Part shown: positions 28,154 through 32,000 of the stretch, piece after piece
How the letters are laid out: each line of letters begins with the position of its first letter
Numbering within the stretch: position 1 is the first letter of the stretch
From: Candidatus Saccharimonadota bacterium
Lineage (GTDB): Bacteria > Pseudomonadota > Gammaproteobacteria > Enterobacterales > Enterobacteriaceae
Assembly (NCBI GenBank): GCA_049942765.1
Contig: CP188086.1
Location: 120,001 to 152,000, forward strand
Reading direction: 5' to 3'
Length of the DNA: 32,000 nucleotides
Position numbers and translations under genes: made by a program
Notes under the pieces: generated by a model
What the model saw: the letters and a program-made list of their open reading frames with translations, nothing else
Told to the model about the DNA's origin: nothing
The model's database searches: none

Positions 28154-29317
28154 TCACTTATTGTATTTAGTTTCTAACATGGCAAGAACTGGTAATTTTT
28201 TTCCTTCAATAAATTCTAGAAAAGCTCCTCCACCTGTAGAGATATAAGAAATATTGTTTTTAATATTTAACAAATCTATAACAGATAATGTATCGCCTCC
28301 GCCAGCAATAGAGAAAGCTGAACTATTAGCTATAGCATATGCAAGTTCAGCTGTACCTGTTCTAAATTGTGGTATTTCAAAAACGCCTAGAGGTCCGTTC
28401 CATAAAATAGTTTTAGCTTTTTTAATAGTATGTATGATGTTTTGAATACTTTTTGGACCTATATCCATAATTTCTTCATTATTGTTAATACTACATGTAG
28501 TTTTTATTATAGAATGAGAATGGTTATTTTGATTATTAGTAACATGTGAATCTACAGGAATTAAAAAATTGTGTTTTTTTCTTAATTTTTGTGCTTTTTC
28601 AACGTATTCTGGTTCATATAAGGATTGACCAACATTATGATCGATAGCAATAAAAGTATTTGCTATTCCACCTCCGACAATTATAGAATCAGCTATATTT
28701 GCTAATGAGTTTAAAACATTAAATTTAGTAGATACTTTAGCACCTCCTACAATAGCTACCATTGGTCGTTTAGGTTTAATTAGATATTTTGATAGTGCTT
28801 TAATCTCTTCATTAAATAGTAGTCCTATACAGGATCTTTTGGAATAATTTATAATTTGATGTGTTGAAGATTCTTTTCTATGAGCAGTGGCAAAAGCATC
28901 CATAATAAATATATCACATAAATTTGCATATTTTTTAGCTAATGAGATATCGTTATCTTTTTCTCCTATATTAAATCTTACGTTTTCTAAAATCATTAGT
29001 TCTTTAACGTTCAAGTTTGAGTTGTCAAGATATGTGTTTGAAAATTCTACTATGTAAGTAGGTAGCAGTTTTTTTATATATTTATATATTGGATATAAAG
29101 ATTGTAATATATTTATTTTTCCTTCTATAGGTCGACCTAAATGAGACATAATGATAACTTTAGCTTTATTTTCCAATGCCATTTTAATTGTTGGTAATGC
29201 AGCTAAAATACGAGCATCAGATGTTATCTGTCCATTTTGTATGGGTACATTTAAATCTGTACGAATAAGAACTCTTTTATTATAGAGATTAAATTGTGAC
29301 ATATGTGGAATAGACAT
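28154..29317 (-). CDS. pgk: Phosphoglycerate kinase
   Basis: This is a 387 aa ORF, the same length as E. coli Pgk. RTDLNVP, SHLGRP, LENVRFN, MDAFATAHR, GGAKVSTK, GGGIANTF and STGGGAFLEF are all present. An AAGGAT Shine-Dalgarno lies 7 nt upstream. Confidence 0.97.
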   Translation of the reverse strand: MSIPHMSQFNLYNKRVLIRTDLNVPIQNGQITSDARILAALPTIKMALENKAKVIIMSHLGRPIEGKINILQSLYPIYKYIKKLLPTYIVEFSNTYLDNSNLNVKELMILENVRFNIGEKDNDISLAKKYANLCDIFIMDAFATAHRKESSTHQIINYSKRSCIGLLFNEEIKALSKYLIKPKRPMVAIVGGAKVSTKFNVLNSLANIADSIIVGGGIANTFIAIDHNVGQSLYEPEYVEKAQKLRKKHNFLIPVDSHVTNNQNNHSHSIIKTTCSINNNEEIMDIGPKSIQNIIHTIKKAKTILWNGPLGVFEIPQFRTGTAELAYAIANSSAFSIAGGGDTLSVIDLLNIKNNISYISTGGGAFLEFIEGKKLPVLAMLETKYNK

Positions 29318-29514
29318 ACACAGATCCTTTTTTTTTAAAATTATTGTGTATTATTTAAATTTATTAATATTTTTTATTGTATACATATATTTTTTGATGG
29401 TTTCAATAATTTTTTTATATCTTTCTTTAGTTTATGTATTTTCTTAAATAATATAAATTTATAATTTTCATAAATAACCATAATATTCATATATTAAAAT
29501 TTTTATAGGATTTA

Positions 29515-30108
29515 TTAGTTTTGAAACCATGTTTTAATTCCATCTAAGAACATTTGAGTAGATAACATAATTAAAATTAAACCCATTAATCGTTCTAAAG
29601 TATTAATACCTTTAGATCCCAACAGTTTTAAAAAAAAATTAGAAGATAATAATAGCATTACAGTAATACTCCAAGCAATTGTTAGTGATATAGATAAATA
29701 AAACATTTGAGTAGGATGTTGGTGGGCTAATAGAATTAATGTAGCTAACGAAGATGGCCCAGCTACTAATGGAATTGCTAATGGCACTAAAAAAGGTTCA
29801 TTGTTATTTATATTTTTTGGAATATTATTATCTTCTGTTGGGAAAATCATTTTTATAGCTATTAAGAATAGAATAATTCCTCCTGATATTGATATAGTTT
29901 CTGTTTTTAAGTTGAGTAGGACTAGTATTTTTTCACCACAGAATAAAAATAATAACATAATGGATAAAGCTATAATCATTTCTCTTAATAGTAGTAATTG
30001 TCTTCTTTTAGGTTCTATGTTTTTTAATACAGACATAAAAATAGGTAAATTACCTATTGGATCCATTATAAATATAAGGAGTATAGTTGTAGATATCATT
30101 TCATTCAT
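29515..30108 (-). CDS. yhgN: MarC family inner-membrane protein (YhgN)
   Basis: This is a 197 aa ORF. MNEMISTTILLIFIMDPIGNLPIFMSVLKNIEPKRR...ISGGIILFLIAIKMIFP...EPFLVPLAIPLVAGPS...ERLMGLILIMLSTQMFLDGI is nearly colinear with E. coli YhgN. It is divergent from asd, as in E. coli. Confidence 0.9.
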   Translation of the reverse strand: MNEMISTTILLIFIMDPIGNLPIFMSVLKNIEPKRRQLLLLREMIIALSIMLLFLFCGEKILVLLNLKTETISISGGIILFLIAIKMIFPTEDNNIPKNINNNEPFLVPLAIPLVAGPSSLATLILLAHQHPTQMFYLSISLTIAWSITVMLLLSSNFFLKLLGSKGINTLERLMGLILIMLSTQMFLDGIKTWFQN

Positions 30109-30768
30109 TATTTTCTTCCTAAATTATATCAATACTAATGAACTTATTAATGATATTAAAAACATATTGAAGTATTTAATATATATTTTTAATAATAAAA
30201 ATGTATTAATTTATAGTTTTTAATAATTATTAAAAATAACACTTGTCTTATAAAAAAACAATTGTTTAGTACATTAACATGTTAATTTTTATATTAAAAT
30301 ATTGATTTTTTTTATATATTAAAATGGTTTACGAAAAATAACATTTTTGTTTTTTAATGTTAAATGATTTTTAATATTAATTTGTTTTAGTTATTAATAT
30401 TTAATGTAAAATTTTATGTATTGTGTAAAGTATGAATTATCGTAACAATTATTAATGTTAATTGTTATTAAATGTAATATTTTAATATTTATTATTGAAT
30501 AATAATTTCTATGTATATGGTGTATTTAATATATTTTGTTATTAAGGATGATATTGAAAAAAATATATTTATTTTTATAAATATAATTTTTTATTGTTAA
30601 GGTAAACAAACTTTTAAGAATATTTTTATAAGTATTATTCATGTATTAAGTAATAATTTTTTACTTTGTTATTTTGATGAGTATATTGTGTTTTATAATT
30701 GAATTTTTTAAATGAATAAATTATTCTTATAAATACAATTCATTATTATTATATGGTAATTTTTTAGC

Positions 30769-31881
30769 ATGAAAAAATTAGTAGGTTTTGTAGGTTGGCG
30801 TGGGATGGTAGGTTCTGTTTTATTAAATAGAATGATTGAAGAACATGATCTTAAATATTGTAATCTTGTTTTTTTTTCAACTTCTAATATAGGATCGCCG
30901 GCACCAATAATTAATAATATGTCATATGGTCAATTGCAAGACGCTTATAATTTAGATATTTTAATGAATTTAGATGTTATTATTACTTGTCAAGGATCTC
31001 AATATACTTGTGATATTTACTTTAAATTACGACAACTATTATGGAAAGGATATTGGATTGATGCTGCTTCTTTATTACGTATGGAATCTAATTCAGTTAT
31101 TGTTTTGGATCCTATTAATAAAAATATGATTTTAGATTCTATAGATAAAGGAATTAAGACATTCGTTGGTGGTAACTGTACTGTTAGTTTGATGTTAATG
31201 GCTTTAGGGGGGTTGTTTAAAGAAAAATTAATTGATTGGGTTTCTGTATCGACTTATCAAGCTGCATCTGGTAGTGGTTCAAGTCATATGCTTGAATTAA
31301 TTGCACAAATGGGTTCATTATTTAATTCGGTATCTAAATATTTAATTAATTCATCATATTCAATATTAGATATTGAACGTAAAATTTCTAATTTTATGAA
31401 TTCTAACAATTGCCCTGTTGATAATTTTACTGTTCCATTGGCTGCTAGTTTAATTCCATGGATTGATGTAAAAATGAATAATAATCAAACTAAAGAAGAA
31501 TGGAAAGGTCAAGTAGAAACTAACAAAATATTAGGTTTAACAAATAATATTATCCCTATTGATGGAATTTGTGTTCGTATTGCTTCTTTTCGTTGTCATA
31601 GTCAATCTTTTACGATTAAATTAAATAAAAATGTTTCTATTTCGGAAATAGAATCAATTTTATTAAATCATAATAGTTGGGTAACAATTGTTCCAAATAA
31701 TTCTAAAGATACTATACATCAATTAACTCCATTGGCAGTAACGGGAACATTAAATATTCCTATTGGTCGAATAAAAAAAATGAATTTGGGTGTTAAATAT
31801 TTATCTGCATTCAGTGTAGGAGATCAGTTATTGTGGGGTGCTTCAGAACCCTTAAGAAGGTTATTAAAAATATTATTGTAG
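30769..31881 (+). CDS. asd: Aspartate-semialdehyde dehydrogenase
   Basis: This is a 370 aa [60 protein letters not shown] and [14 protein letters not shown] match E. coli Asd, including the active-site Cys in GGNCT. Confidence 0.96.
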   Translation: MKKLVGFVGWRGMVGSVLLNRMIEEHDLKYCNLVFFSTSNIGSPAPIINNMSYGQLQDAYNLDILMNLDVIITCQGSQYTCDIYFKLRQLLWKGYWIDAASLLRMESNSVIVLDPINKNMILDSIDKGIKTFVGGNCTVSLMLMALGGLFKEKLIDWVSVSTYQAASGSGSSHMLELIAQMGSLFNSVSKYLINSSYSILDIERKISNFMNSNNCPVDNFTVPLAASLIPWIDVKMNNNQTKEEWKGQVETNKILGLTNNIIPIDGICVRIASFRCHSQSFTIKLNKNVSISEIESILLNHNSWVTIVPNNSKDTIHQLTPLAVTGTLNIPIGRIKKMNLGVKYLSAFSVGDQLLWGASEPLRRLLKILL

Positions 31882-31972
31882 TAATATGATAACTAATGTT
31901 AGTGGTGTCATACATATTGTTTGTATATATCTTTGACATTTTATAATTTTAGATATAAAAAATATATTTTTT

Positions 31973-32000
31973 AATGATGTATTAATTTTAATACATCATT
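31973..32000 (+). terminator. Hairpin about 90 nt downstream of asd, cut by the window edge
   Basis: A perfect 11-bp stem, aatgatgtatt (31973-31983) paired with aatacatcatt (31990-32000), encloses a 6-nt loop. Any trailing T-run would lie beyond the window, so terminator status cannot be confirmed. Confidence 0.25.

Noticed and set aside
30273-30467. I noticed palindromes in the 660-nt yhgN-asd divergent spacer: attaacatgttaat (30273-30286), and taacaatta / taattgtta (30443-30451 and 30459-30467).
   Set aside because: They are short (7- and 9-bp arms), almost pure A+T, and at a frequency plausible by chance in this composition. There is no associated T-run or recognisable operator consensus.

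Overview
This is an extremely AT-rich window. By eye, G+C is about one fifth in genes and much lower in spacers; I did not compute it. Gene content and order fit a reduced-genome Enterobacterales insect endosymbiont resembling Buchnera aphidicola; that taxon call is inference. Almost everything here is conserved housekeeping, arranged in blocks that match my recollection of E. coli gene order. On the minus strand: lon (5' part), clpX, clpP, tig and bolA. On the plus strand: cyoABCDE. On the minus strand: tusE, nusB and ribH. On the plus strand: an initiator tRNA-fMet and a decayed argA relic. On the minus strand: recD, recB, recC, mscS, fbaA, pgk and yhgN. On the plus strand: asd. I see no mobile elements, CRISPR arrays, rRNA, toxin, defence or secretion genes, and no convincing novel multi-gene system. 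Four things deserve a second look. (1) recC is split into two long intact ORFs, while recB and recD remain whole. (2) A nearly full-length argA pseudogene carries many in-frame stops and frameshifts; the ORF track cannot show it. (3) A 2.3 kb ORF-free, stop-saturated spacer separates ribH from nusB, which as I recall are directly adjacent operon partners in E. coli. (4) There are a few unusually long perfect inverted repeats and terminator-like hairpins in spacers. All homology calls come from by-eye comparison with E. coli protein sequences recalled from memory, not from a database search.
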